64,000 bases of DNA from Alloascoidea hylecoeti (lineage: Eukaryota), in assembly GCA_001600815.1 (NCBI GenBank), contig BCKZ01000008.1, forward strand, positions 620,001 through 684,000, read 5' to 3'. The position numbers and the translations under genes were made by a program. Of this stretch, positions 48,872 through 61,056 are shown one piece after another. Each line of letters starts with the position of its first letter. Position 1 is the first letter of the stretch. The notes below the pieces were generated by a model, which saw nothing but the letters and a program-made list of their open reading frames with translations, ran no database searches and was not told where the DNA came from.

Positions 48872-50677
48872 TTAAGGGAAGTTATTAGGAAATGTTTGTT
48901 TGAATAGGCATCTGCCGTTACTATTCCGGACATTGACATCAATTTCTTCAAGTAATAGCTCTTTAAAAAGAGTTTGCCACTCATAAATATAAGCAGGTAA
49001 AGAAGTAGAAAACTGTCTGAGATTCGAATTAATAGACGTTTCTTCATAGTATTTAGTTAAACGACTGAGGATTGAGATATTAGTTGTTATGTCATTATCT
49101 TCCAACGATTTAATAGGCAATTCATAATCAGCATCTTCAATATAAGGGAAATAAGAGATATTATTGCTCGGTTCAGAAAGAGTAAACGTTATAGACTTGA
49201 ACTTCTTTGATTTCGAAAGAATTTTCATTAAAATGTAGAATGATGTGGAGTATTTTAAATCCAGATGAGAGGTGAACTCTTGCATACTATTATCAATGAA
49301 AAATCCAGGTGTCCTATGCATATTGCTAATTCTTACAATTTCTTCTCTCCATTGATCTATCTCTGGTTGTTCATTTTGAACGTTGGTTAATTTATCAAAT
49401 AAAAGTCCCCTTGAAATAAAAGAAACATTGCTTAAGGTTAGATTTGTAATATTTGGAATTTTGGTGATATATATAAAATAAGGAATTAAACCAACAAATT
49501 TCGAAAGTGGATAAGAACCAGACTCGAAAGATGTAAATATACTTCCATCTGTAAGGAGTTGATCTGGCAAAATTGTAATTTCTCCATTCCTTAAGTTATT
49601 TTTAGTTGCAAATTTGGTAAACGTATTCTCAGAAACAAGGGTTAAAGCGTTAGTAAGATCAGATTGCAGATAACATCCCTCAAATATTGAGGAACCTAAA
49701 TCTACTTCCAGAATTTCCAATCCAACAAAGCACGATGGAATAGCAAGATCATGTACATGTGTTAAAGATTTCAACTTTAAAGTAGTCAGCTCTGTGAAAT
49801 AATTTTGCAGTCTCTTCCATCCATTAGATGAAACAGTACATCCTGCCAGAGTTAAAGAATTTACTGGTGAGTGTGTCTGCGTCTGTGTCTGTTTATGCTC
49901 ATGATCTAACGAACGAAATTGCCTTAAAAAACTTAGCCCGGCGGCTGCAGGAGATGAAGTGATTAGATCTTTTATAGCTTTATTCGGTATCTCGAAAGAT
50001 TCACCATCGATGACAACATTCGTAAGATGTAATTCCTTAATATCACCAAAGGGATATACTAAATTAGGTCTTAAAGGAATATTCCAGCCATATTCAGATG
50101 AGAGCCGTAAGATTTGAAAAGAATTTGCACCTGTATGTAACTTGTTAATTCTTTTCAACGCTGCAGCTGAAAATTCAAACCTGGGCGAAATATCAGTGAG
50201 ATTGGCTGACTTTAAATTTTTAAGTCTCAATAATAGTTCCAATACAATATCAACGTAAGGAGGTTCTTGTGTTACTGCTGAATATGAATAACCTGTTTTC
50301 CCAATCTCAAAATCTTTATTTGCATCAGCGACGGGATGAACGAAAATTATTTCCAATACCATATTAGAAAGCGAGGATGACTTTGAAACGGTTTTTAGAA
50401 ATTTAATCATTTTATTTTTATTTTTCAACTCTACAGATCTGTAAAGATAATCTTGTGTCAACAGGTTATTTAATCCCACACATGTTTCGGCGAGGCTGAA
50501 TAGATCCCTTTTTGATAAATGGGGAAGAATCTTTTGTAGCACCTCTAGAGGCAAGCCAGGTAGAGTATTAAACGTATAAGAATTCGTTGCAGATGGTGTA
50601 AAAGATTTTTTTCTGATCCTTCGCCCTAAAGGAAAAGAAAAAGGGATTTTTTTCGAAGTTAAAGCAGCTGTTTGCAT
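48872..50677 (-). CDS. F-box protein with an LRR-like region
   Basis: LPGLPLEVLQKILPHLSKRDLFSLAETC...YLYRSVEL; LxxLxL repeats. Confidence 0.75.
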   Translation of the reverse strand: MQTAALTSKKIPFSFPLGRRIRKKSFTPSATNSYTFNTLPGLPLEVLQKILPHLSKRDLFSLAETCVGLNNLLTQDYLYRSVELKNKNKMIKFLKTVSKSSSLSNMVLEIIFVHPVADANKDFEIGKTGYSYSAVTQEPPYVDIVLELLLRLKNLKSANLTDISPRFEFSAAALKRINKLHTGANSFQILRLSSEYGWNIPLRPNLVYPFGDIKELHLTNVVIDGESFEIPNKAIKDLITSSPAAAGLSFLRQFRSLDHEHKQTQTQTHSPVNSLTLAGCTVSSNGWKRLQNYFTELTTLKLKSLTHVHDLAIPSCFVGLEILEVDLGSSIFEGCYLQSDLTNALTLVSENTFTKFATKNNLRNGEITILPDQLLTDGSIFTSFESGSYPLSKFVGLIPYFIYITKIPNITNLTLSNVSFISRGLLFDKLTNVQNEQPEIDQWREEIVRISNMHRTPGFFIDNSMQEFTSHLDLKYSTSFYILMKILSKSKKFKSITFTLSEPSNNISYFPYIEDADYELPIKSLEDNDITTNISILSRLTKYYEETSINSNLRQFSTSLPAYIYEWQTLFKELLLEEIDVNVRNSNGRCLFKQTFPNNFP

Positions 50678-51314
50678 TATAGATCATTCAAACTTTTGGG
50701 ATTAAAGGCATCCGAAAGAAAAAAAAATATTAATTTTATTTCTAAACAGTAAGATTTAAAAATTAAAGAGCAACAGAGAGAATTATAAAGATAACACAAA
50801 TTAATTTTTCACCTGACAGATAAGGAATATTAGTATATTTATGTTTGTGGGAGTCTGGAACACCGATGCACGGCGCGGCTAAATTGTGGCTTGCGGTGGC
50901 TTCTGCAAGCCACTTCGGAATCTTTGAACCTAATTTTGAGACTAATGAGGCGGAAGAAGACATCACTGTTTTGTGTATACAATGGGTTTGCCCTGGAAAT
51001 TCTGAAATCGTACTCTCTCTTTGACAAGTCATGTTTGCTATTATTATCAGATGCAGATCTAGGATCCTAACATTTAACTTCGGGCTTTGTTGGGTTTACG
51101 GTCATAATAAAGTTTTATTGTGTAAATTGTTCTTTAGAATTTATCAAATACGAGAGAATCATTATTACTATGATAATTATGAAAACTTTTATTCTCTACT
51201 ACACAATACACAGCAAGACACTTAACATGATAATGCAAATTTATTTGAGAATATAGTACAAGGACTTAAAAGATATGAGCAAAAAATAAGCCGTAAATTA
51301 AATCATTAAATAAC

Positions 51315-51707
51315 TTAGTAAACGAAACCAATGATTTTACCACCAACGTGCTTTCTTCTAGCTTCTTCATGGTCCATAATACCAGCAGATGTGGTTAAAA
51401 TGACATAACCAAATTGACGGGCTGGCAATAAATTGTTAACCCATTTTTCAATATCATCAATCTTGACGTTGAATCTTGGTGAAATGACACCACATTTGTT
51501 CAAACGTCCATTAAGTTTAACAACAATCTTTCCTGATCTGTGGTCGTCAACATATTCAAATTCATCAATGTATCCATGCTTTTGCATAACTGATAAAAAT
51601 TTGATGATAACCTTTGAAGATGGTCTAATCAAAACTTGTCTTTTACCGGTCTTCTCGGCATTGTAGATAGACTTTAAAGCGTCAGCAAGAACAGATGTGC
51701 GGGCCAT
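51315..51707 (-). CDS. RPS22: 40S ribosomal protein uS8 (S22/S15a)
   Basis: [14 protein letters not shown]...[18 protein letters not shown], full length. Confidence 0.98.
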   Translation of the reverse strand: MARTSVLADALKSIYNAEKTGKRQVLIRPSSKVIIKFLSVMQKHGYIDEFEYVDDHRSGKIVVKLNGRLNKCGVISPRFNVKIDDIEKWVNNLLPARQFGYVILTTSAGIMDHEEARRKHVGGKIIGFVY

Positions 51708-51715
51708 TGTTAAAA

Positions 51716-51950
51716 CTATGATAGAAAACTGTTAGTAAATCGTTCCTCATGAGTATCCTAAAGGAGTCACGGGATGAGAACTACGCTCTCATTTAAAGAA
51801 AGCAACGAGTATAGGCGCAATTCTGAATACATTCGATTGTTAAGAAAAAGAAGATTTGCCTTAATTTTTGCAAATGTTCTCCCGTTAACAAAGACGATCA
51901 AGCGCACCCATTTCGAAACTTCCTTTTCACAAATTTAACTCATAACTTAC
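51716..51950 (-). other. 5'UTR intron of RPS22 (235 nt, structured)
   Basis: GTAAGT (51950)...TACTAAC...CATAG (51716), ending 8 nt before the ATG. Confidence 0.85.
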
Positions 51951-52039
51951 ATTAGTTGATGAATAACTGTTGTTGATAATGAAGGAAGTTATTAGAATGA
52001 AATTGATATTTATTCATACCGTGATGAAATATACACTAG

Positions 52040-52047
52040 CAGTCACA
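52040..52047. promoter_or_regulatory. Homol-D box in the RPS22 promoter
   Basis: Exact CAGTCACA about 90 bp upstream of the 5'UTR intron donor. Confidence 0.55.
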
Positions 52048-52393
52048 TAAATCAAGAATGGAAACATTTTCACTTTTAAGGTTTGTGCCCTGGTTTTAGC
52101 TTATTTGGCAAACCTACAGAAGGTAATTTCGTGGTTTCCCAACTACTATATTTCAGTACCTATAGTATTAAATGATCTACATTGAACGCTTTTATTAATT
52201 CTGGTTATAATAAAAAGAAGAAAGAAAGAAATTTCTAAATATATAAATAAAAATAGACTAAACTCACCATAAGTCAAATCATGATAAATATTCTTCAAAT
52301 GCATTTTCCTATTAGCATAAATGAGACCCTAAGATTTTTCGTTTAAGGTTCAAATTGAAGAAGAGCTAAGTCTATCGCAAACCAATGACAATA

Positions 52394-54307
52394 TCAGTAC
52401 TGATGAGTAGGTTCTCTTCTGTTATTCACTTTCAACATTGGCCTATAAGTTGGATTCCACATTTGTGTTTTAACCCATGTCAAACACTCATCAAAATCTA
52501 CTGGAACTTTAACATGTTCACGGGTTCCTGGTACGATCTCTTTCTGGACTTTAGTCACCCCTTCTTTCACAGCAGCTAAAACAACAGCGGTTGCAACTCT
52601 AGCACTAACTTCACGAATATCAGAAATATCAGGTAATAATCCACCCTTTGGATCCTTCAAAATTGGCGAGAGGTTTGCTAGTTCTGCAACTGCAGCCGCG
52701 ATCATTTTATTAGTTATTAATGTAGCTCTGGATAATACAACTCCTAGTCCAATACCAGGGAATGTGAAGCAATTGTTATTTTCTGAAATGACTTTACCAT
52801 TGACCGGTGCAAAAGGTGATCCTGTTGCTATAAGGGCATCGCCATTTGTCCATTTTAACAAGTCTTCAGGAACAGCTTCATGTAATTCAGTTGGATTACT
52901 TAGTGGGAAAATGATTGGTCTAGGAACATGTTGATACATTTCCTTTACAATTTCTTCAGTGAATGCTTTAGGCTTCGTTGAACACCCAATTAAAACATGA
53001 GGTTGAACATGTTTCACCACTTCGAGTAAGCTACTTCTATCAACTCCTTCCCATTCGGCATCATCGCATGCAAATAAAGCTTGATCACTAGAAATCAGAT
53101 CCTCGTCTGATTTTAAAAGAACACCCTGTCTATCCACAAGCCAAATTTTCTTTCTTGCGTCTTCTACTGACATTCCATTTGCAACCAAGTTATCAACGAT
53201 TTGAAAAGCAATACCTAAACCAGCACTACCTGCACCAAAAATAACAACCTTTACATCCTCCAATTGCGCATCGATAACCTTTAAAGCAGCAGTGATTGAA
53301 GACATTACAACTGCACCTGTACCCTGAATATCATCATTAAAACATGCCAATTCATTTTTATAAGTGTTTAAGATTTTTCTAGCATTCAAAACACCGAAGT
53401 CTTCAAAATGCAAAACAGCGCTTGGGTATTTTCTTTTAATGACCTGGATAAAATTATAAATAAATCGGTCATATAAAACACCGCGAACTCTTTGTACTTT
53501 GTTTCCCAAATATAACTCACTTTGTAAAAGAGCCTTATTATTAGTACCTGCATCCAATGCTATTGGAATGCCTCTTCCTGGATGAATACCACCACAAACA
53601 GTCATTAATGCCAATTTGGCACTAGCAATTCTTATACCAGCTGTACCTTGATCTCCTATTCCTAAAATACCCTCGCCATCGGAAACCACGATATAATCAA
53701 CATCCTCATCATCTCCAAACGGTTCCAATGCTGCTTCAATATCTGCTTGATCTGGAGCTGTAATATCCAAGAAACAACCTTCTGGTTTTCTAAAATGTGT
53801 TGAATAGTTCATAATTGCCTCACCTTCAGTTGGTGTATAAATAATATGAAACATATCTTTAATATACCTCCTTACCAATTCAAAAAACAATACCTTATTT
53901 TGAACTCTCATGCTGGTTAAAAAATCATTTTTCGCTAAATCAGATTCTAATGATGAAAATTGTTGGAAGGCTCTTTGAATCTGCTGATCAAGAGTGTTTA
54001 CACCAGCAGGCAATAAACCAACTAATCCGAAATTCATTCTTTCACGATAGGTGAATGCAGAGCCTTTATTGTATAAAGGTGAATTAAGAAGTGCAAATCC
54101 AGTTAATGAACATTCGATAGGACCTTGGTTCGATAATCTTGTGGTTTTTTCATATTCAAGTTTTGTTAATATCTCATCGATACGATCTTGACGTGTTTGA
54201 GATCCAGAAATATATCTTTTGGATGACGTGAGTCCATTTAAAGGTTTAAAACTGGGAATTAGTATTGCAGTGCTTGCTGTTTTTCTTCTGATAGTCTGAG
54301 CTAACAT
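52394..54307 (-). CDS. MAE1: Mitochondrial malic enzyme
   Basis: LLNSPLYNKGSAFT, DGEGILGIGDQG, FNDDIQGTG, GAGSAGLG, PLSNPT, plus a basic presequence. Confidence 0.95.
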   Translation of the reverse strand: MLAQTIRRKTASTAILIPSFKPLNGLTSSKRYISGSQTRQDRIDEILTKLEYEKTTRLSNQGPIECSLTGFALLNSPLYNKGSAFTYRERMNFGLVGLLPAGVNTLDQQIQRAFQQFSSLESDLAKNDFLTSMRVQNKVLFFELVRRYIKDMFHIIYTPTEGEAIMNYSTHFRKPEGCFLDITAPDQADIEAALEPFGDDEDVDYIVVSDGEGILGIGDQGTAGIRIASAKLALMTVCGGIHPGRGIPIALDAGTNNKALLQSELYLGNKVQRVRGVLYDRFIYNFIQVIKRKYPSAVLHFEDFGVLNARKILNTYKNELACFNDDIQGTGAVVMSSITAALKVIDAQLEDVKVVIFGAGSAGLGIAFQIVDNLVANGMSVEDARKKIWLVDRQGVLLKSDEDLISSDQALFACDDAEWEGVDRSSLLEVVKHVQPHVLIGCSTKPKAFTEEIVKEMYQHVPRPIIFPLSNPTELHEAVPEDLLKWTNGDALIATGSPFAPVNGKVISENNNCFTFPGIGLGVVLSRATLITNKMIAAAVAELANLSPILKDPKGGLLPDISDIREVSARVATAVVLAAVKEGVTKVQKEIVPGTREHVKVPVDFDECLTWVKTQMWNPTYRPMLKVNNRREPTHQY

Positions 54308-56525
54308 TGTATATATTTAGAAGTTGAGTTTGGCAGATGAACGGAGAGGATAACAAATGGAAAGAAGGAAAGCGTATGGTTCTAAATAGTTATATATATT
54401 AAATTGAGTTTGAAGTGTATAATCCTGAAATATGAATGTGAGGATTAATGTTAATGTGTGACGCGAAGGCAACTAGTCACTGAAGTATAATTGTCATCCA
54501 CCAAATTTTCATTAGTATAATGACTATATCTGCAACACTCTCGTTATTTATATCCTTTGTACTTGAAAGTATCTCCACAGCAAGCCTGGGCATTGCGATT
54601 GCAATTACCTGTGTAGCAATAACTAGTTGTGCCGCAGACACGGATGTAACTTATAATATAATATATAGTGCTCTTAATTAAGATACAATATACTCTTTCT
54701 TTGGTAACATTGGAATTGCCTCTATCTGGAATTCTTAAGGTCATAGTTCGGCTCTATCTGATAGTACCTTGACTTATCATAAGGTCATTACATTGAAGTT
54801 TAAAGTAACATCAAAGGTCAACATAAGCCATAATGTAAATCATGGCCATAACTATAAATTTCAGTGAATTCCAGGGTCGTATAGGGTACCTTATAGCTAG
54901 AACTTATAACACATATGTCACCTTTTCATTTCAATCTTGTGGAAGCTGGGATTTTTAGAACATTCTCAACTGATAGTTAACTACAGCTGTCATATATTGC
55001 TACTCTTCAAGGTTATATATTATTTGAATACAATAAAACTTGTTCAGCTACATTCGAATTATAGTTCTACGATTGTGTAAAAGTTGCGATTTCAAACAAA
55101 GCTCATCACTCCAAATTCAATTCACCATGCCAATAACAATAGTAATTATAATTAAGTTGGAAGTGTTCGACACCCTCTTAAGCTTATATTTTCCATAAAT
55201 CCGATTCCCATATTTTATGTGATGCATATCCTTTTATATCGGAAAACCTCGTCCATCCCACATCTTAATATTAGAACCTTTAATATATAGGGCCTGTATG
55301 TTAGGAAGCATTTAACTGAATAATTTAACAGTGTAACTGTAAGAGTATTGAGCAATACTTTAGAAGCTTAAGCTGAGCTATTGTTACCTATATCCAGAAA
55401 TGTTACAGCAATCCCAAATTCAAGATATTTGCATGTTAACTTACAAATTTCAGTTAAGCCGGAATATATAGGCTAATTATGAGGAAAACTTAGGTAAGTA
55501 TTTATTATTATCAAGATCAGAAATCGCCGGCTATCTGCTCAAGCTTAACTCCCCACATATTTTTTAGATTAATCAATCTATAATTCCTTTCTATCATCGA
55601 ACATTTTCTATATGCGTACTCCACGTAACAGATATTTTCTATGTTTATACTTATAAATTATAATTATGATGTACTTTCAGAGTGTTTTTTCACTGTTTTA
55701 TATGTGGGGAATCACTGGGGAATTCCTTAAGTCCACAATTGGAATATTACTTTGATTTCGGTAATTGGACCAAAATGTTTCATGGTTGGTGACAATTTAA
55801 TAGCACAAATTCATTCCTAAATTGCTTGATTTAAATATTCGGTCAAATTTCAATAGAAAATTAGTATTCAAAGTTCTGATAATTTTTACTTAAGAACGAT
55901 CACTCTCATAGCTATAGCGAAAATTACGCAAATGACGAATAATTCTATATTTTCTATGCATACTGAAATTTGACCAAATAATCAAATCATATTTCAGAGT
56001 TCATTTTACTAAAAAAGATATACCTAGATCTATTAGATTTAAATTTCCAATAAATTAATATAACGATGTAGATATTTATCCACGATAGAATGCTTTAAAT
56101 ATTAATCTATATTGTGGCATTATTTCCTCGATAATTTTAACGAGATTAACCAGAAGCATATATGGTTCTATTAGTACGAACAGATCCATAAAATGACCTG
56201 TCTAGAACCAAATCCGATATTAACTCCATCTAAGTAGCTAAAAGTTGAAATATACCAAACTGGTAAAGTGAAATGTGTGGGAAAGATACGGTTACGTATT
56301 TATAAAGAGCTTGTAAGATACGTTAGGTAGTAAACATTAGATATATTAAAGATTATCAAATAACTACTATTTCGTTTATCTCTTTCAAATTATTTTATAC
56401 ATTGAAAATAATAATATTTGGAATTACAAGTATAGTTCGCAGTTTCAAATTATACCAGTCAAAATAATAAAAAAATACAAAAGTAGAATTTGATAAGACC
56501 TTCGTAAAACCCAAAGGAAAAACAT

Positions 56526-57069
<544 letters not shown>

Positions 57070-57321
57070 CTTGTTGTCAAATTAATGTATGCTGATGTCG
57101 TGGAGTTAGGAATCAATCAATTTTTGTGACATTAACGTCTGCTCTGCGCGCAGCGTGACTCAATTTACCCTTAATATATTCGTTCCGGGGTTTAGCCCTA
57201 TGGTACGTCACATGGTATAATAACATCCATACTTCTATAATATTAATGAGAGTTTCGAACTGAGTGCTCTCTAAATATAAATAGGAAATTGTATTAATTA
57301 TATACAAATCTATATATCTAA

Positions 57322-59214
57322 TTATAATCCTAAATCTTTTTCTACCAGTGATCTACAAATAGGATGATATCCACTTTTATATTTTTCAAAAGTTTCCTTT
57401 GCTAGATTTATATCAACGGATTTTAATAATAAATATCCTGGTCTAACAAACTTCATTCTACCAACTGTACCTAACCAATCTGCTAATCTTTGAAAGTTTT
57501 CAGTAACATGTCCTAAAATATTAAAGCGCAACCAACGGAATATAACTTCAGCATTATTAGATTCGGGATATGATGAATAAATTTTATTGAAGGTACGAAC
57601 AAATTCAGTATACTTAGACCATGATGGATATTCAGCCAAAGTATCAAAGAATACAACCGACTGATTAGCTGTCCATGACTTAATATCTTTTAGATTGAAT
57701 TCGTTAAATAAATCCGATGTCGAAGTATTTGATTCAGTTGCCTTTGTCCATCTCGCAGCTAAATCGTAGCATTCATCAACTAATGTTGTATCGAAATCAG
57801 GTTTTGGTGGTAAACCTGGTTCATATAGCCAAAGATCCCAATCAATTGAGTCTAAAATTTTCTTTGATTCTGCATCATTAAAAAATTCATATAATGTATC
57901 AAGAAATTGATAAGTATCTAAAGATTTATACTTGAATTTATTGAAATAATATGGAATAAATGGGTCGAATTTCTCTTTACCTCCCAATTTCGTTTCAATA
58001 TGATATAGCAAATTGAAACCACGCTCATAGGGAACCGTACTAAAAGCATCATCAGGATCCTTATTATCCTTTAAATCTTTAACTAATGGTGTAAAGGCTT
58101 CATATTCAGTTTTATTTTCTTTGAACTTCTCAACTGTTTGAACCAAATCAGTCCATCCGATAATGGCAGAGAACTGTCTATAAGGTTCACCATGAATTGC
58201 ACCTATAATTCTCCTTTCCAAATAGACAGTCCATCCCTCGTTAAGCCAGAAATGTTCCCATGATGAGTTGGTAACAAGATTACCACTCCAAGAATGAGCC
58301 AATTCATGTGCAATAACATCAACATTTTCCCTATCCCCTGATATCAAAGTAGGTGTTGCAAAAGTAATATTTGGATTTTCCATTCCGCCATAAGGGAAAG
58401 CAGGAGGTAAAACAAGAACATTGTATTCCTTCCATTCATAGTTAAAAATAATTGATTCAGCAGTTTTGATGAAGTTCTCAGTATCTGCTTCAAATTCATA
58501 CTGACATTTTTTAAGATCTAAAGGTTCTGTAAAAACAGAAGACCTTGGACCAATTGAAGCAGAGGTGATATCACCACTTGCAATTGCAAAAAGATAAGAA
58601 GGGATTGGGATTTTTTGGTTGAATTTGTAAATAGTACTTCCCTTTGAAGCAGATTCGGATTTAGACTCAGCTAATCCAGTAACTACCACAGGGTAAATAG
58701 AATCAACAGAAATTGAAAATGTAGACTTGATTGCCGGAGTATCAAAACATGGAAATAATGAACGGGCATGAATTGGTTCGCATTGTGAAAATAAATAAGG
58801 ATCTTTTAATCCACTTGTTTGTTCTGGTGCTAACCATTGTAGAGCCGTGCATTTTTCAGTGGTTGCAAACTCAAGAGACAAAGAGGATTGTTGATTTGCC
58901 TTCACGTCAATAGATTTGATGAATAAAGCAGACCCCAATGGTTCAACCCTTGGTTTTATAATAAACTCAACATTCTCATCGTTGAATTGAGCTTTAGTGA
59001 TGGACAAATATGAAGAATCAAGAGTGATCTCATTGATATCTTTATTTGGAATGAGGGTAAAGGTAACTGATCCTGTTAGGACTTTAGCATCAAAATCAAC
59101 CTCCAACTTAATGTCTGTATGCTTAACAATAAAATCAAGATAGTTCGATAAAGTTGAAGGATCGCATTCGGGTGATGTTTTTGGTCTTTTGGAGCTGAAG
59201 ATTTCAGAAGGCAT
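57322..59214 (-). CDS. LAP2: Leukotriene A4 hydrolase homolog / M1 leucine aminopeptidase
   Basis: DPSTLSNY, FPYGGMENP, HELAHSWSGNLVTN, WLNEG, GRMKFVRPGY. Confidence 0.95.
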   Translation of the reverse strand: MPSEIFSSKRPKTSPECDPSTLSNYLDFIVKHTDIKLEVDFDAKVLTGSVTFTLIPNKDINEITLDSSYLSITKAQFNDENVEFIIKPRVEPLGSALFIKSIDVKANQQSSLSLEFATTEKCTALQWLAPEQTSGLKDPYLFSQCEPIHARSLFPCFDTPAIKSTFSISVDSIYPVVVTGLAESKSESASKGSTIYKFNQKIPIPSYLFAIASGDITSASIGPRSSVFTEPLDLKKCQYEFEADTENFIKTAESIIFNYEWKEYNVLVLPPAFPYGGMENPNITFATPTLISGDRENVDVIAHELAHSWSGNLVTNSSWEHFWLNEGWTVYLERRIIGAIHGEPYRQFSAIIGWTDLVQTVEKFKENKTEYEAFTPLVKDLKDNKDPDDAFSTVPYERGFNLLYHIETKLGGKEKFDPFIPYYFNKFKYKSLDTYQFLDTLYEFFNDAESKKILDSIDWDLWLYEPGLPPKPDFDTTLVDECYDLAARWTKATESNTSTSDLFNEFNLKDIKSWTANQSVVFFDTLAEYPSWSKYTEFVRTFNKIYSSYPESNNAEVIFRWLRFNILGHVTENFQRLADWLGTVGRMKFVRPGYLLLKSVDINLAKETFEKYKSGYHPICRSLVEKDLGL

Positions 59215-59260
59215 TTTTTACAAAACAGAAAGGTGGTGTGCTGGAACCAATATTAATATA

Positions 59261-59981
59261 GTGCACTATTTCCATTGTGAATTTGTTATTTTGTAGGGTA
59301 GTATTCGATGTGTAAATGTGTGTTATTTCGGAGTAAGGAGGGTTTAAAGTTCGATATTCAGGTAATACTTTTTTCGTTCTAATTTCACCGTTTGTCTACG
59401 TAGTCCGTTCAGCTTTAATTCGAATGGATGTATAAGCTTATACGAAGGTGGGAATTCACCCAATCCCGTTATCATATCGAAAAATATTATTTATGAGTAA
59501 TGAGAATGAAATATTACATAACTAATTCTACTTTAGAAAGTGGCGAATGAATAGTTTTCCAAATGGAGAAATACCAAAATACTCATTTGACATAATGATT
59601 AAAAATAAAATGACGAAGTGTTCCCACTTTGATATAGATTATATTCTAACAAATGGTGAATTTATCTTCACACATGTTAATGTGTGGAGTAAATATATCA
59701 CAAGGTTTAGCCCTATAACGAAATTGCTGGTCGTAAAATAATCAATATTTATTGTTAATTTTCTAAGCACATACTGGTGTAGCGAAAGCTTGCCCTGGTA
59801 TAACCAAATTTTACTTAAATGAACCACGAATTAAAACCAAACAGACCACGTAAATTAGAGATGATATTGAAGCAAAATATGTATCACCTGGTCATCGAAC
59901 TATAAATTCTCCTCACGCCGAAATAACACACACTTACACACCGAATACAGCCCGGCAAAATACAGTGGAAATCATGTGCCC
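59261..59981. repeat. Long degenerate inverted repeat (arms ~59261-59422 and ~59827-59981)
   Basis: GTATTCGATGTGTAAATGTGTGTTATTTCGGAGTAAGGAG matches the reverse complement of the right arm, GTATTCGGTGTGTAAGTGTGTGTTATTTCGGCGTGAGGAG, and the match continues over ~150 bp. Confidence 0.85.
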
Positions 59982-60348
59982 CCATGGAGATTTAAGGGTT
60001 TTGCAGTTTGATATGAGATGAAAGACCTTTAATTAATTTCTTCAGCTTGCGAAGAAAGAATATTGATGTTATTTTCCTTCTAGTTATAAAAAATCATAAA
60101 AAATACTAAAAAAGTTAATAAGTTGAAGTTAAAATTTTACACCGCTTAATGCTTAGTCAAACAAATAAACCCCGAAGCTATCAATACTTCCAATTGTCAC
60201 TCTGATTCGGTTAAAAATACTAGAACTTATCCATTAATTATAATAACCGGTGCCTAGGTTGATCATATGACCACCTGATTAGAGGATCAATAAAATTATT
60301 TTACCACCAACTCTCACGTACTTTCTTAATCCATTTCCACTGTAATCA

Positions 60349-61056
60349 ATGTTTAGAAAGGAAATACAAAAATACATTTCTGCATTTATGGGACTATGGG
60401 CTCTATCAGCAGTTTTATGTATGCTAGGCTTGGCCAAAAGAAGTAAGCACTATGGAGATATTAGACATCTAATCCATTTCATACAAATCTTTTCATTTAT
60501 TGTTGGAGGTATTTTGCTTATTGTATCATGGATTGCAGCAGTTGGTAGCTCTAATGGTGAAATACTGGACCTGAAATTTAAACAGGAAGAGCTTCTCCAC
60601 AAAATACGATTAAACAAAAATACGCATAGCGATATATCAGAAAATTCAGAAGGAGGAGTATCTACATCAGTACCAGATCCAGATAAGTATTACGAGTATA
60701 TGAGTGAAAAGGAAATGTTGGATGCAAAATTAAAGATCATGGAACTTCATAAGGTAAATTCAAAGGCTGTGATATTTAAGCTTGGCTGGTGTTATTTAAT
60801 ACTATCACAACTATATATCATTCCTCTATTTTCAGACAAGGCCCAATTATATGTTTCTGTAGGCCAAAAATACGTGGGGATCGTTGGCGTTTTCTTATTT
60901 CCATCAATTGTATTGGTATTACTTTCCATAGATTTGATAAAAAGTCATAGCGATTCTGGCTCGCCAAAGGCAAATGACTATGATCGATTGAACGAAGACA
61001 TCAGCGGTGTCTCTGTACAATGCACCAATCTAGTGACCGATGATCATTCCCGATAA
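60349..61056 (+). CDS. Orphan multi-pass membrane protein (about 4 TM)
   Basis: 235 aa ATG-initiated ORF with two pairs of hydrophobic segments; no family recognised. Confidence 0.6.
   Translation: MFRKEIQKYISAFMGLWALSAVLCMLGLAKRSKHYGDIRHLIHFIQIFSFIVGGILLIVSWIAAVGSSNGEILDLKFKQEELLHKIRLNKNTHSDISENSEGGVSTSVPDPDKYYEYMSEKEMLDAKLKIMELHKVNSKAVIFKLGWCYLILSQLYIIPLFSDKAQLYVSVGQKYVGIVGVFLFPSIVLVLLSIDLIKSHSDSGSPKANDYDRLNEDISGVSVQCTNLVTDDHSR

Noticed and set aside
51716..51950. Definite H/ACA snoRNA (snR44-like) call
   Set aside because: Two structured domains are present, but I could not find convincing ANANNA and terminal ACA boxes.
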